Positions 43,566-61,741 of a stretch of DNA of 64,000 nucleotides are shown here, piece after piece. The DNA comes from Eledone cirrhosa. Taxonomy: Eukaryota. Every line of letters begins with the position of its first letter. The first letter of the stretch is position 1. Location: contig OZ024741.1 of NCBI GenBank assembly GCA_964016885.1, positions 109,554,001-109,618,000 of the forward strand, given 5' to 3'. Under the pieces are notes generated by a model, which saw only the letters and a list, made by a program, of their open reading frames with translations, was not told where the DNA came from and did not search any database. Position numbers and translations under genes: made by a program.

Positions 43566-44833
43566 GCGTGTCAAATCGCACACGTCCGCGTTATCGAATG
43601 ATCCCCAAAATACATCTGTGGTAATTGATGATTTAACCCAAGCTACTTGTTAGTTTTGCTAAGATTGTTAAACCAATTAATTAATCTTTGACTGTTTTTT
43701 TTCAATGGTTAAGGTTGGTTTGTTACCTTATGGTCGTGATTAGATTCTTAAGTGTGCTGTAGCCTACTGCGCAGGTTTCATAAGCCTGCATGTTGGGTTA
43801 TTGGCGAAATTTTAGAGTGATGAAAGTTTCGGATCAAGACAGAGTAAATATATAAGACCAGAAATGTTACGAGGGACCAGTGGTATGTGTTGTTGGTTCC
43901 ATGCGCGCCGGCCCCTGTATAATCCCTAACCCTGAGGTGGAAGTGCGGCTTACTTCCGCTGGATGTCAAAATTAGCAAGTCATAGTTATAGGAAGGAATT
44001 CTGCAAGTAACCTGCCTACTCCCCTCCTCTCTACTAGATAGCGGTTGTTATAGTAGTAGTGACAGCTATATCCTCTCCCACGCCACTAGTTTACTAGCCG
44101 GTAACACTACCATACCATTAAGTTTATGTGGTGGTGCTGGTGGTGGTGGTGGGGGGCTCTGAAAGAGGGGTTGAATATTATAACTAAAAAGATAAAGTAA
44201 ATATAAAATAAATTAAATTTGGGAATTAAATTAAATTAAAATATACTTAAAATATATAACGTTATAGCTTAACAAGAATATAAAGTACTCATTATAATGT
44301 TTAACTGGGCTATAAGGTGTTTATGGAAAGACATGGGAACCCTTCTCCATCTCTCGGTTTAGGCTCAATGGAGACAATTCATATGTCCAAAGCCTAGGCT
44401 GAGAAGATTCATGCACACGTTGAACAAAGCGTCAGAATGGAATCTTCGATATGAAGGGAATGTCCAGGGAGATGTCGGGATTGTCGAAATGTTCCCCACA
44501 GCTTGCCATAGACAGGAGTGAAACCATTCGAGATCACCGTGTCGAACCGATTTGAAGCTATTACTAATATATATATATAAAGGGATAAAGGTCCCATAAC
44601 TCCTTGTGGTGTCGTAGAGGCACTGTCATACGGCGTGTCTGGGGCTCATTTAAACCTGCGGAGCCCAAACCTCTCCAGGTCTGAACACAGATAAATTTTT
44701 TTTTCTGTAGTGGAAGAATCGACCCCAGTACTGGATTGGCCCTTCTTTTTATCGACCTCGAAAGGAGGAAAGGCAAAGTTGACCTCGGCGAGATCTCACT
44801 GGTGTGACGAATACCGTAAAGCATTCTATCCGA

Positions 44834-45290
<457 letters not shown>

Positions 45291-45711
45291 ATTATAAAAT
45301 GTGGAGGAGCAGCACACGAATGGGAGAAAAAAACGATTAGGAAGAAACATTTTTTTTTCCTTTATGTTTTTTTTCTTTTTTCTGAGTTAGAAAATGCTTA
45401 AAACAAAATATTTTACTTTGTGTGAAGTGTAAAGGTATTAGTTAATTTATTTATTAATTAACAAACCATTTATTTATTTATGTTATATATATATATATTC
45501 ATCTACCAGTGAGCTTTCTGAACACTAATGTATGCAGTCATTCCGAACAAAATATCAAAATATTCACACAAACTCAGAAACACACATATGTGCGTGTACA
45601 CCCGTCCCCCTACACACACACGCGCACACATACACACGTAGATACATATATTATATGTATATACTTATATATGATATATATACATATATATATACGTATA
45701 TATGATATACA

Positions 45712-45788
<77 letters not shown>

Positions 45789-45804
45789 GTATATATGATA
45801 TACA

Positions 45805-45881
<77 letters not shown>

Positions 45882-46463
45882 GTATATCATATATATGTTA
45901 ATCAACTAATGTGGTGTTTTAATAATATTCTGTGAGTTCTCGACACTACTTCGTTAAACTGAATCGAAGGTCACGTGTTATTGATGTTTCCGACAACGTC
46001 ATGTATTATTGATGTAAGCGACTGGGTCACGCTTCATTATCAATGTTTATAGAGTGATATAGATATTCAGTGAGTAGACAATGTCCATGGGAGCAACGGG
46101 GCTGGTGAGGAGGAAGGCAATCCCAAGGGGCTGATACACACGAAATGAAGGCTTTCATTATCATATCTCTGTCTTGTATGGTCGCCAGTATAATTGTTGG
46201 CCGTTAGTTTTTTAGCGAACAAGGGCATCTTTCCCTAGTCCCTCAGCTTGCTGGAAATGGAAGCCAAATACGCATAAATTCACACTCAAGAGTAAACGAT
46301 ATATACCATGACATAATTCGAGATAGGGTTCTCGCGGTTAGAAATCCTTTAAATATTGCTCTGTTGGATCAAAGATGAACTGCAAACATAGGAACGTCAT
46401 ATACAAGAATTATGTGGCGTTTTAAAATATTCAAACTTCTTGTTAACTGAAGATTATATATGA

Positions 46464-47720
46464 CTAGATGAACCGTCCGGCTGGCGCTCGGCTAGGTATA
46501 CCGGCATTTTACCTTTTCAGGAATCCCCCCTTACACTCCATTGCAAAGATACCGCACGCCTTCTCAAGTCAGCGAGGGGGGGGGGGGGTTAACGTGCTCT
46601 GATGTTGGGTTTGAATAGTTTTTAGGATTCCCCAGTTCAGCAGCCAGTACGTTAAAGAAAATTGATAGTTACAACAATAAAGGCTGAACAGAGAACAACT
46701 TTTTTAACAAACAATAATTTGAACAACCATAATGGAAATTCCAAGTAACAGAAAATATTTAAATTACATTGTTAGAGCCTCAGAGTATACAATATTTTTT
46801 GTTCGGCCCTCCAGATCAAAGAGGAAGAGATTGTTTGGCGAGCTCACCCTAGAGCATCCTACATACAATTGACCATGGGAGAATCACTGATTTTGTAGCT
46901 CGTCTCGCGGAGAATCTCTGAAGACGTTAACTCTGGACACTCCTGTCAGGAGCAGGTAAGCTGTAGTGACTTAGAAGCCTACCACCAATCTCCAGGACAC
47001 TATTTTCAAGACAAATGAGCGCCTCATTGAAAACGACATCGTATGTTATGTTTCGATCGTGCCTGCGTGTGCGGTGGAGGATGTCCTCAGCTAAACTTTC
47101 ACGGTAGTTGTTCCACAGTGGGAGAGGGTCGGCGAGATCACACTTGTGCAGCATAATAGCAAACATTTTTCACAGCTGAGAAGGGACTTTAGCAGTTGCT
47201 GCTTCTTGCAGGGTGAGGTGCCAATGGCTGCCATCGTGAAACATACCACGCATCTGGTAAACCAAACGGTAAGTGCAACATTGATGACCATTTGTGGTTC
47301 TCAGATCTTGGAAAGACTGTGGTCCTGTAACCTTGAACAGTAACAATGACGATAAGCCGTGTGTGCTTTCGTGAAATAAATAGGTTTTTGTTTTTGTGTA
47401 TGCAAAAATATCAGTATACGAATATATATATTAAAATAACAGATTAAAGCTTAAGCAAAGAATCGCTGCTTTCACCCTAAAAAATCCGTTTGTGAACACA
47501 GAAGTAAATATTTCGAAAAACGTTATCAATGCAGACATACAGAGACATATTATAAGGGTGTTACGTTATAGCTGAAACTAAAAAAATCAATCTGTGAACG
47601 CAGAAGTAAATATTTCGAAAAACGTTGCAACCGAAGGAAGACAGGAAGACGATACTTTGGTTCGTGGAAACGTTCCCTGACAAAGAACGGAAAAACGAAG
47701 ATAATACGTCATTATTAAAA
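46464..47720 (-). mobile_element. Internally deleted Helitron with RepHel remnants
   Basis: Minus strand FSHGQLYVGCSRVSS..L.....GRTKNIVYSEAL (PIF1-type helicase C-terminus, ~46885-46765). The ORF at 46927-47166 resembles the Rep-Hel linker. Ends GC-rich hairpin + CTAG (46467-46464) before T. Confidence 0.88.
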
Positions 47721-47721
47721 A

Positions 47722-47860
47722 ATTGGCAGTATCAGTAGAGGGTGAGTTCAAATCTCGCCGAGGTTTACTTTGCCTTTCATCCTTACGGGATCGATAAAAT
47801 AAAGTACCAGTAATGCACTAGGTAATTGCTGGCCTTGTGCCTAAAGTAGAAACAATTATT
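47722..47860 (+). mobile_element. tRNA-derived SINE with internal deletion (further copies ~44712-44835 -, 51572-51725 +, 56482-56650 -)
   Basis: Family consensus. Confidence 0.8.
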
Positions 47861-47896
47861 AAAAAATTTAAATATATATATATATATATATATATT

Positions 47897-48181
47897 ATTC
47901 GGACAATGGGATTGATGAGTTAATATCTGTATACAACAACTACAACGGTATGCAATGGGGCCCACCCACAGCCCCGGCGGACAGAATGGAGAAGGCGTTT
48001 CCCCGGAGGACGGCAAGGGAGACGCGCTGGAAAAACCACTCCAACTCGCGGGGCTCACACCTGCGGCTGGCCAGCTCAGCACCTATGGTGGTGAGTAAGG
48101 AGGTAGCCCTGGGGCCGAGGACACCAGAAATCTCCACTGCCAGGGGTACGACCGCAAATCTGTCGGAGAGCGACCGGTACT
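47897..48181 (-). mobile_element. CRE-like 3' fragment, second copy, ending at (TA)n
   Basis: KYRSLSDRFAVVPLAVEISGVLGP...FQRVSLAVLRGNA, closely matching 36415-36630. Confidence 0.85.
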
Positions 48182-48464
48182 TTTAGCCATAGATACAGAC
48201 ACAAAGTTCGAAAATGACGAATTTTTCTTCAATGCAACAAAAGAATCAAAATATCGAAGAGAGTGCCAGGACGTGTTAATTATGTTGACTAAGCAATGTC
48301 ACGTGTATCACACGTATAAGTTATGTAAGAGGGTTAGAGATTGTGGGTGATAATTTATCCCTGAAGAAGCTCATTAATTCCGCCGAAGAAATAACTCGCT
48401 TCATTCAATTGTGATAATTTTCTCTTGAGTGGAAGTTCCACCTTTGTTCCCATGGGAGGTTACT

Positions 48465-49330
48465 GTTGTGGTATTGGTGGTGTTCTTGTATTGGTGGTGG
48501 TGGTGGTAGTTGTTGTTGCTGTTCTTGTATTGGTGGTGGTGGTATTGGCAATGGTGATGGTGGTGGTAGTGGTGGTAGTTGTTGTTGCTGTTCTTGTATT
48601 GGTGGTGGTGGTATTGGCAATGGCGATGGTGGTGGTAGTTGTTGTTGCTGTTCTTGTATTGGTGGTGGTGGTATTGGCAATGGTGATGGTGGTGGTAGTG
48701 GTTGTAGTTGTTGTTGCTGTTCTTGTATTGGTGGTGGTGGTATTGGCAATGGTGGTAGTGGTGGTAGTTGTTGTTGCTGTTCTTGTCTTGGTGGTGGTGG
48801 TATTGGTAATGGTGGTAGTGGTGGTAGTTGTTGTTGCTGTTCTTGTCTTGGTGGTGGTGGTATTGGCAATGGTGGTAGTGGTGGTAGTTGTTGTTGCTGT
48901 TCTTGTATTGGTGGTGGTGGTATTGGCAATGGTGGTAGTGGTGGTAGTTGTTGTTGCTGTTCTTGTATTGGTGGTGGTGGTATTGGCAATGGTGATGGTG
49001 ATGGTGGTAGTTGTTGCTGTTCTTGTATTGGTGGTGGTGGTATTGGCAATGGTGATGGTGATGGTGGTAGTTGTTGCTGTTCTTGTATTGGTGGTGGTGG
49101 TATTAGCAATGGTGATGGTGATGGTGGTAGTAGTTGTTGCTGTTGCTGTAGTGGTGGTGGCGATATTAGCAATGGTGATGGTGATGGTGATGGTAGTGGT
49201 GGTAGTTGTTGTTGTTCTTGTCTTGGTGGTGGTGTTCTTGGCGATGGTGGTAGTAGTTGTTGCTGTTCTTCTATTGGTCGTGGTGTTATTGGTGATGGTG
49301 ATGGTGGTGGTAGTTGTTTCTGTTGTCGTT
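48465..49330. repeat. ~60-bp minisatellite built from trinucleotides (gttgttgctgttcttgtattggtggtggtggtattggcaatggtg...), about 14 units
   Basis: Near-identical consecutive units at 48720-49140. Confidence 0.9.
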
Positions 49331-50003
49331 GTTGTATTAATTGTGTTGGTGATGGTGGTTGTTATTGTTACTGTTGTAGTAATGATGATGATTATGGTAG
49401 GTGTTGTTGTTGTTGTTGTTGTTGTTACTGGTATCATTTTTGTTGTTAATGTGCTGCTGCTGTTGTTTTTGTTTTTATCGTTGCTGTTGCTGCTGATGCT
49501 GATGTTGCTGTTTTTGTTGCTGTTCGTGTTACGGTTGTTGCTGCTGTTGTTGTTGTTGCTACTGCTGTTTTACTGCTAGGTGTGAGCCAGGGCAACACTG
49601 ACGTGACTGTTTCTCGTTTGTTTATCTTGGGACCCCAAATATTCTGACCATCGATATCAGCTTTCTATCAGCAGTCAAAATAATTTGGAAATGCTATCTG
49701 GTCTTGGCGGTGGTTGTTGTTGGCGTTGTTTTGTGAAGACTTGTGTCTAGGTCTAGGCTAAATTGGTCGAATACACATATAATCAAAGACATTCCATTTA
49801 TGACCATCCAGTCTGATTTTTTTTTTATTTACTGTTTTTATCTTCAGCTAACACTACATATTGTACAAGTGTTATCCAATGAAACGTCCCCTTCTTAAGC
49901 GCTAATACATTTTTGTTGAACTGTTATGTCAATGTGTGTGAGTGTTTGTGTGTTTACACACAAACACTCACACACACCCTTATATAGAGAGAAAGTGAGT
50001 GAG

Positions 50004-50063
<60 letters not shown>

Positions 50064-50064
<1 letters not shown>

Positions 50065-50440
50065 TGTTTCTTTATTAGCCACAGGGGCACAAAAGAAGGG
50101 GACAAATACAAAGGGGGAAGTTTACATACAATAAAAACGTGTAAAATGTTATCACAAATGCAATTTAAAAAATTAGGCGATTTTCCCCAATAAGGGGAGA
50201 CAGTTCATATGGGTAACACATACCCCGGAAAAAATGTGCAACCCTCATCTCCAAGAGTACGAAGAGTTTGTACTCCTTTCCTCTCCTCCTCCTTTTCCTC
50301 AACCTACAGGCTGATATAGAGAGAAGGCCCATTCACTCGGGCCATTCTCGCCACTTTCACCCACCTTTCATAAAACTTGCTGGGGTACAGCACCTCTCTC
50401 TCCATCCTGATTCTTCTTCCAAAGTGGTATTTGAAAAAAA
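50064..50440 (-). mobile_element. Tx1-like LINE 3' end in (GATA)n; a second 3' UTR piece at ~50552-50690
   Basis: FKYHFGRRIRMEREVL...ERWVKVARMARVNGP matches the C-terminus of the 62000 ORF. An AATAAA-containing 3' end abuts (TATC)n. Confidence 0.85.
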
Positions 50441-50469
50441 GAGATAGATAGATAGATAGATAGATAGAG

Positions 50470-50553
<84 letters not shown>

Positions 50554-51762
50554 TTCTTTATTTGCCACAAGGGCGCACAAGAGAAGGGAACAAATCAAAG
50601 ACACATGCCGGGGATTTTACATACAGTCGTGTAAAAATATTGAAACAAACAAATTTAACAATCGAAATCCCTAATAGGGGAGAGGCAGATAGATAGAGTG
50701 GTATTTGTTAGATCTACACGCAGTCTAATATCCCTCCAATATCGTACAAGTCATCTTTGAAACCAAAATTTCATATCTTGCATCATTGAGTGTATAGGGA
50801 CAACCTCGAATAATTCAACTTGTGTTGCTTCTGGGAAACGCAACTTAGATAGATTGCGTCTTATATCACTCCAGTATATATATATATATATATATTTTTT
50901 TTTCGGAATGTTTTTTGACTGCTGTTTCATGTAAACAGACATTCGTCTCATTCTGACGTCACCAGCCATGTCTCTCCGTGTGCGTATATTTTTCATAATT
51001 ACGTACGAGGTGAACTAGCCTGTCTTTAAATTCCCTTTTTGGCATATTCTGCAGTGGCTTTAGGGTTATCGTGTTTGAGCTCTGCTGATGAACGACTCCA
51101 ACCGTGACCATCCCCAGTGAAAGTTTCGCGAAATAGTCTTTTTAAGACTATACAGATCATTTGTAGTTTTTCCAAATTGAAGGATGAGTATTTAAACTTT
51201 ATTTTATTCTGAGTTAGGGCTCTATTGATTTTTCCCTGGATTTCACAAAATTCTATGGATAAATCTATGTCTTGATTTTTTTTAAAATTGAGTTTGAATT
51301 ATTTTCCCAAATCTTACGTTAACTATTTTTCCATTTTGACGTTATAGTCACTTATATATTATGAAATACTGTTGGCTTCACGCTCACAACAATTTCTATA
51401 CTTTAATTTCTATATATATATAGGGAGAAAGGGAGAGAGTAAGTGATACGTACATACAAATACGATGGGCTTCCACACAATTCCTGTCTACCTAATTTCA
51501 TTTGCAGACTCATTAAGCATTGGACATCTGTAGCTATATACTATATCATTGCAGGATAGAGTTGTGGACCTTTACGTTCTGAGTTCAAATCCCGCCGAGG
51601 TTAGCTTTGCCTTTCATCCTTACGGCGTCGATAAAGTAAAACACTATTAATGCACTGGGGTCGATTTAATCGATAAACCCCTCACCCTAAGATTGGTGGT
51701 CTTGTGCCTATAGTACAAATCATTATATTACATTATATTATATCATATATACTATATGTATG

Positions 51763-54980
<3,218 letters not shown>

Positions 54981-54994
54981 TATATATATATATA

Positions 54995-55150
54995 TATGAA
55001 AATGTTTGACCCCGTTTCGACGGCTATTGTCGAAACGGCTTGAGCTCTGCCATCGGGGGTCAAACATTTTCCTATTACCCACTCTACTACCCTAAGTATT
55101 GAGTACTCTGGTGCGTTATGGTCTATCTGGTTCCTTACCACACCTCCTTC

Positions 55151-55155
<5 letters not shown>
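54995..55155. mobile_element. Family B mini fold-back
   Basis: GAAAATGTTTGACCCC ... GGGGTCAAACATTTTC plus tail, between (TA)n runs. Confidence 0.75.
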
Positions 55156-55225
<70 letters not shown>

Positions 55226-55470
55226 TATATTATATTATATTATATTATATTATATTATATTATATTATATTATATCGTATTATATCAACTTTGATAACTT
55301 TGATAGGTTTCAGCCAGTATTGGCCCAGGCTATGTCTAACTTAATAGCATCTAAGAGCAGTGGGTTTGTAAAATCGTTACATAATGCTTTGTGGCGCTCA
55401 TGTTCAAATACTGACTTTCTCCTCTCACTATAAAACTATTGACCTTGTACCTGAACTTGAAACAATTATC

Positions 55471-55505
<35 letters not shown>

Positions 55506-55512
55506 CATCAGT

Positions 55513-55561
<49 letters not shown>

Positions 55562-57019
55562 TATTATTTTATTTTACGTTTAAGTGTTTGACTCATGATC
55601 TTGAAGTCATGTGTTAGTTTCTCGGGGGGGGGGGGGCTGACGCTTTGTGTCCTTGAGCAAGTTACTTCATTTCACTTGAATATATAGTGAAGTACTAGCT
55701 GCAACTAGGGGGTTAATTTTGCGATAGACTGATATTCCGTCCAGGATATGAGTGCCTCTTTTACTCTCAATAATTTAACGCCTCGTCAAACTGTGATATG
55801 TTCAGACGTGAAGCTCAACACAACTTATATTGTTTTATATTGTTATCATGTAATTGCACAATTTCTTAATATATATGATATTATTATACATATTGTAATG
55901 TATTATTGTATAGTCATATTTTATACAAAGTTTTTATTCACAAATAAATTGTATTGCCCATCTGTTTACAAATATATTTTGTTATTGTTGATGCGAATCT
56001 GTCGATTCTCTTGTTTTATTGAAAAGTATATTATTAGAGCTTGTTTATAATTAGATGTGGTGCTCCTTTCTTGTGTTCTATTTATAATTAGATAAAATAT
56101 TTCATTTTATGATACTCTTACCCAGGCGGATCTTCTGACTATCTTCCACAAAAGAATTATAAAACCAAGAAACTATATACCTAAAACAACTGCTAATTTA
56201 TAACAGCTTTTTTAAGATAAATTAGTTAACCAAATTTTAGAACAATGTAGATACAAATGTAACACTATATATGCAATTGACATCAGCATTTTAAACAAAT
56301 GAATAAAAACATATTGGGCATATGATATGAGCCAATTCAATTGTTGTCTGTAAAATTGAATAGATTAATTCATTAACCCCCCACCCCTATTAAAACGTGA
56401 TGTAGGAGATATGTTAATACAATGTATGTAGTTCTTGAAATTATGAATGGAACTACATCATTTCTTGTTTCAAACCGATTAATAATTGTTTCTAACACTG
56501 ACCAGCAATTCCTGGAAGTGGAACGTTGATTATATAGACCTCAGTATTTAAGAGGTGCATTATTTTATCGACCTAGGAAGGATGAAAAGCAAAGTTGACT
56601 ACGATGAGATTGGAACTCAAAATGCCAAAGAACTTTTTCCGATGCTCTACCTACACCACCAACAGAATAATTATGAAAGGATATAAATAGATATTTGAAA
56701 AGTTTTTAAATAGTCACGCATAAGCCTCATAGTATAATTTTAATTTATAAAATCGAAGCATTTATTCAGAGAATGCTTTACAAATAAATAGAAATAAGGA
56801 ATTTACAAGTATAGTAGCAAAGACAAATGTTTATGTGTGATAAATAAACGGAGAAAAAGCGCCATGAATATACACATACGACGAAAATTGTACATATGTA
56901 TGTATCTTAGTGCAACCTTCCAGTATACCTTGTTGTTTCTACATCTACTTACTTCTTTATCCAAACGAGAAAGAAAAGGGTCAACTGAAGCTTTGTATTA
57001 CATAGCAGCCGACCATGCA

Positions 57020-60000
57020 GGATGGAATATAAACTACATTACACCCCACAACGCTACACTACACTGCAATACATCACAATCAGTACACCACACAACACCA
57101 CAATCACCACATTATGCAACAACACCACACAACACCTCACTACATCGCACTACACTACACCTCATCACAACACACCACACTACATCAAACTACACCATAA
57201 CCTCTACACAAATCATACCACCCTTCAATAAACCACACCGCCAACACCACACTACATCACACCACACTACACCGCAAACATCACACTACACAAGACTATA
57301 CCACACTATACCACACTACAACACCCAACACTGCACCACAAATACTATACCACATCACATCACACTACACTACACCACAACCACCAGACTATACCACACT
57401 AGAATATACCATCCCACACTACACCACAAACCCCACATCCCATCACACCACACTACACCATAACCTCCACACCACATCACACTACACTACACCTCAACCA
57501 ACACAAGATTATATAGCACACCACACTACACTACAGCCGCCACATCACATCACACCACACTACACTACAACAACACAGCACTACAGCCCCCACACCACAT
57601 CACACCACACTACACTACACCTCCCGCACCACACTACACTACAACCATCACATCACAACACACTACACTACAACCACCACATCACATCACACCACACTAC
57701 ACATCAAGCACCACATCACACCACATCACACCACACTACACCACACCACACTACAAACACCACACCACCCCACATCACACCACACTACACCACACCTCAA
57801 CCACCACATCACACTACACTACAACCACCACATCACCCCACACCACATTACACCTCAACCACCACACCACATCACACCACACTACACCTCAACCACCACA
57901 TCTCACCACATCACACCACATCACACTACACCACACTACACCTCAACCACCACACCGCACTACAACCACCACGCTACACCACACTACACCACACTACACC
58001 TCAACCGCTACACCACACTACACCACACTACACCACACTACACCACACTACCCCTCAACCACCACACCACACTACACCACACTACACCACACTACCCCTC
58101 AACCACCACACCACACCACACTACACCACACTACCACTACACCACACTACACCACACCACACCATACTACACCACACCACACTACACCACACTACGCCTC
58201 AACCACCACACCACACCACACCACGCTACACCACACTACCCCTCAACCACCACACAACACCACACTACCACTACACCACACTACACCACACCACACCATA
58301 CTACACCACACCACACTACACCACACTACGCCTCAACCACCACACCACACTACACTACACCACACCACACTACACCACACTACCCCTCAACCACCACACC
58401 ACACCACACCACACTACGCCTCAACCACCACACTAAACCACACCACACCACACTACACCACACCACACTACACCACACTACCCCTCAACCACCACACCAC
58501 ACCATACTACACCACACCACACTACACCACACTACGCCTCAACCACCACACCACACTACACCACACTACCCCTCAACCACCACACCACACCACACCACAC
58601 TATACCACACCACACTACACCACACTACGCCTCAACCACCACACTAAACCACACCACACCACACTACACCACACTATCCCTCAACCAACACACTACACCA
58701 CACTACACCACACTACACTACACCACACCACCACATCACACCACACTACACCTCAAACACCACACCACACTACAACCACAACGCCACACCACACTACACC
58801 ACACTACCCCTCAACCACCACACCGCACGACACTAGACCACACTACCCCTCAACCACCACACCATACCACACCACACAGCACTACAACCACCACACCACA
58901 CCACACTACACCACACCACCCCACACTACACCACACTACACTACAACCACCACACCACACTACACCACACTACCCCTCAACCACCACACAACACCACACT
59001 ACACCACACTACCACTACACCACACTACACCACACCACACCATACCACACCACACCACACCACACCACACTACCTCTACACCACACCACACCACACCACA
59101 CCACACTACACCACACTACCACTACACCACACCACACTACACCACACCACACTACACCACACCACACCATACCACACCACACCACACCACACTACCTCTA
59201 CACCACACCACACCACACCACACCACACCACACTACACCACACTACCACTACACCACACCACACTACACCACACCACACTACACCACACCACACCATACC
59301 ACACCACACCACACCACACTACCTCTACACCACACCACACCACACCACACCACACCACACTACACCACACTACCACTACACCACACCACACTACACCACA
59401 CCACACTACACCACACCACACCACACTACACCACACCACACCATACCACACCACACCACACCGCACTACCTCTACACCACACCACACCACACCACACCAT
59501 ACCACACCACACAACACCACACTACCTCTACACCACACCACACCACACCACACCACACTACACCACACTACCACTACACCACACCACACTACACCACACC
59601 ACACTACACCACACCACACCATACCACACTACACCACACCACACCACACTACACCACACCACACCATACCACACCACACCACACCGCACTACCTCTACAC
59701 CACACCACACCACACCACACCACACTACACCACACCACACCATACCACACCACACCACACCGCACTACCTCTACACCACACCACACCACACCACACCATA
59801 CCACACCACACAACACCACACTACCTCTACACCACACCACACCACACCACACCACACTACACCACACTACCACTACACCACACCACACTACACCACACCA
59901 CACTACACCACACCACACCATACCACACTACACCACACCACACCACACTACACCACACCACACCATACCACACCACACCACACCGCACTACCTCTACACC

Positions 60001-60036
60001 ACACCACACCACACCACACCACACTACACCACCACT
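57020..60036. repeat. ~3-kb (CACCA/CACTA)n pentanucleotide satellite with higher-order units
   Basis: Degenerate at the left, homogeneous at the right; recurring CCTCAACC and CCTCTA variant units. Confidence 0.95.
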
Positions 60037-61535
60037 ATATCTAGTAATAGCACAACTTTCTCAATTTCAATACATCTTAAGATTTTTCTTAACGTTTTCT
60101 TGCGTTTCATTTTTCTTTCTGTTTCGTAGTCGTCACCACCACCACCACCATCCTCAGTAACATCATCATTATCATTACCACCACCATCATATTAACCACT
60201 ACAACCCTCACCATCATCATCATCACTATCATCATCATCATCACTATCATCATCCACATCATCATCTCCATCACCACCAGCCTTCCCACCATCACCATAT
60301 CCACACCACTACCACCGCCATCATCATCAACACCTACACCATCACCCATACCACAGTAACTTTAACCAGCACCTCCACCATTAGCAGTACCACCACTACT
60401 ACTATGACCACCACTAATACCACCACTACTACTATGACCACCACTAATACCACCAACAAGAACAACAGCAACAACAACAATATTTTCATTAACCGTTGTT
60501 TTTTTCTCTTCTTCGCTCATTTCGGTTTTTGCTGAATTCTGTTTGATCTCAATCGCCAACAACAGCAGCAACAACAACAATAACTACAACAACAACAACA
60601 ACAATAACTACAACAACAACAACAACAATAACTGCAACAACAGCAGCAACAACAACAATAACTACAACAACAGCAACAACATCAATAACAGCAGCGACAA
60701 CAATAACCATTGCAACAACAACAACAACAACAATAACAACAGCATCAACAATAACAAGAATAACAACAACAATAACAGCAGCAACACAATAACAACAACA
60801 ACAGCAACGATGATAATAACAACAACAGCAGCAGCAGCAGCAACAATAACAACAATAACAACAGCCATAGCAATAAGTGACAATAAGTGACAACAATAAA
60901 CAACAATAATTACACAAATACTAAAAATAACAACAGCAACAAAAACAACAACGTGTTAGAAGGCAGCCAGATGGCGCCACGTGCAGTATTTATAATTTAT
61001 GCTAGTAATCCCCTCCCCGTCTACTTTCCAGCCACCTCCACCCTATCTTTCATTCTCTCCCAGTTGGCAATTGGTGGGAGGTAGATGTGGTGTGAGGGGA
61101 GTAATGGTTTTGGTGGGAGTAGAGTGTTAAGACGATGGATAAGAGGGGAGTGAGGCGTTGGAAATGTTGAAGCGAGGTAAGGGAGGGAGAGGGAGGTGGG
61201 GGTAGTGGTGGTGGTGTGATAAGGGATAGAGGGTGGTGAGGGTGGAAATCAATAAGTGTCTTTGACAAATTGAAGTGAGCAGACATGCATGGAAGAGGGA
61301 GGGTGGGATAGAAGAAGGGATGTGAAGTAGTAATATTAGTATGTAGGTGGTGGAGAAGGGGAACTAGAGAAAAAGAAGAGCCAACACATGGTGGTGGTGG
61401 TGGTGGTGGTGGCAGCTTGGCGATATGGTGGTGGTTGGTGGGGCAGTGTGTGGGAAGCATATGAACCGCTAAGGTGTTCGATATTTCCTAGTAGTTTCTT
61501 ATTAACATTACTTTCCTAATCTAGTGTGGAGTGAG

Positions 61536-61624
<89 letters not shown>

Positions 61625-61688
61625 AATATAATTACAGAAGAGCCAGTTTAGGATGAAAGCAGAAATTATTTGCTTCAACAATAATCTG

Positions 61689-61723
<35 letters not shown>

Positions 61724-61741
61724 ATAATAATAATAATAATG

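Noticed and set aside
48405-49579. Long Pro/Gln-, Gly/Cys- and Thr-rich ORFs
   Set aside because: Several frames on both strands are open because the sequence is a stop-poor trinucleotide minisatellite; no unique coding flanks.
56837-59921. His/Thr-rich and VVWCG-repeat ORFs
   Set aside because: Translations of the pentanucleotide satellite.
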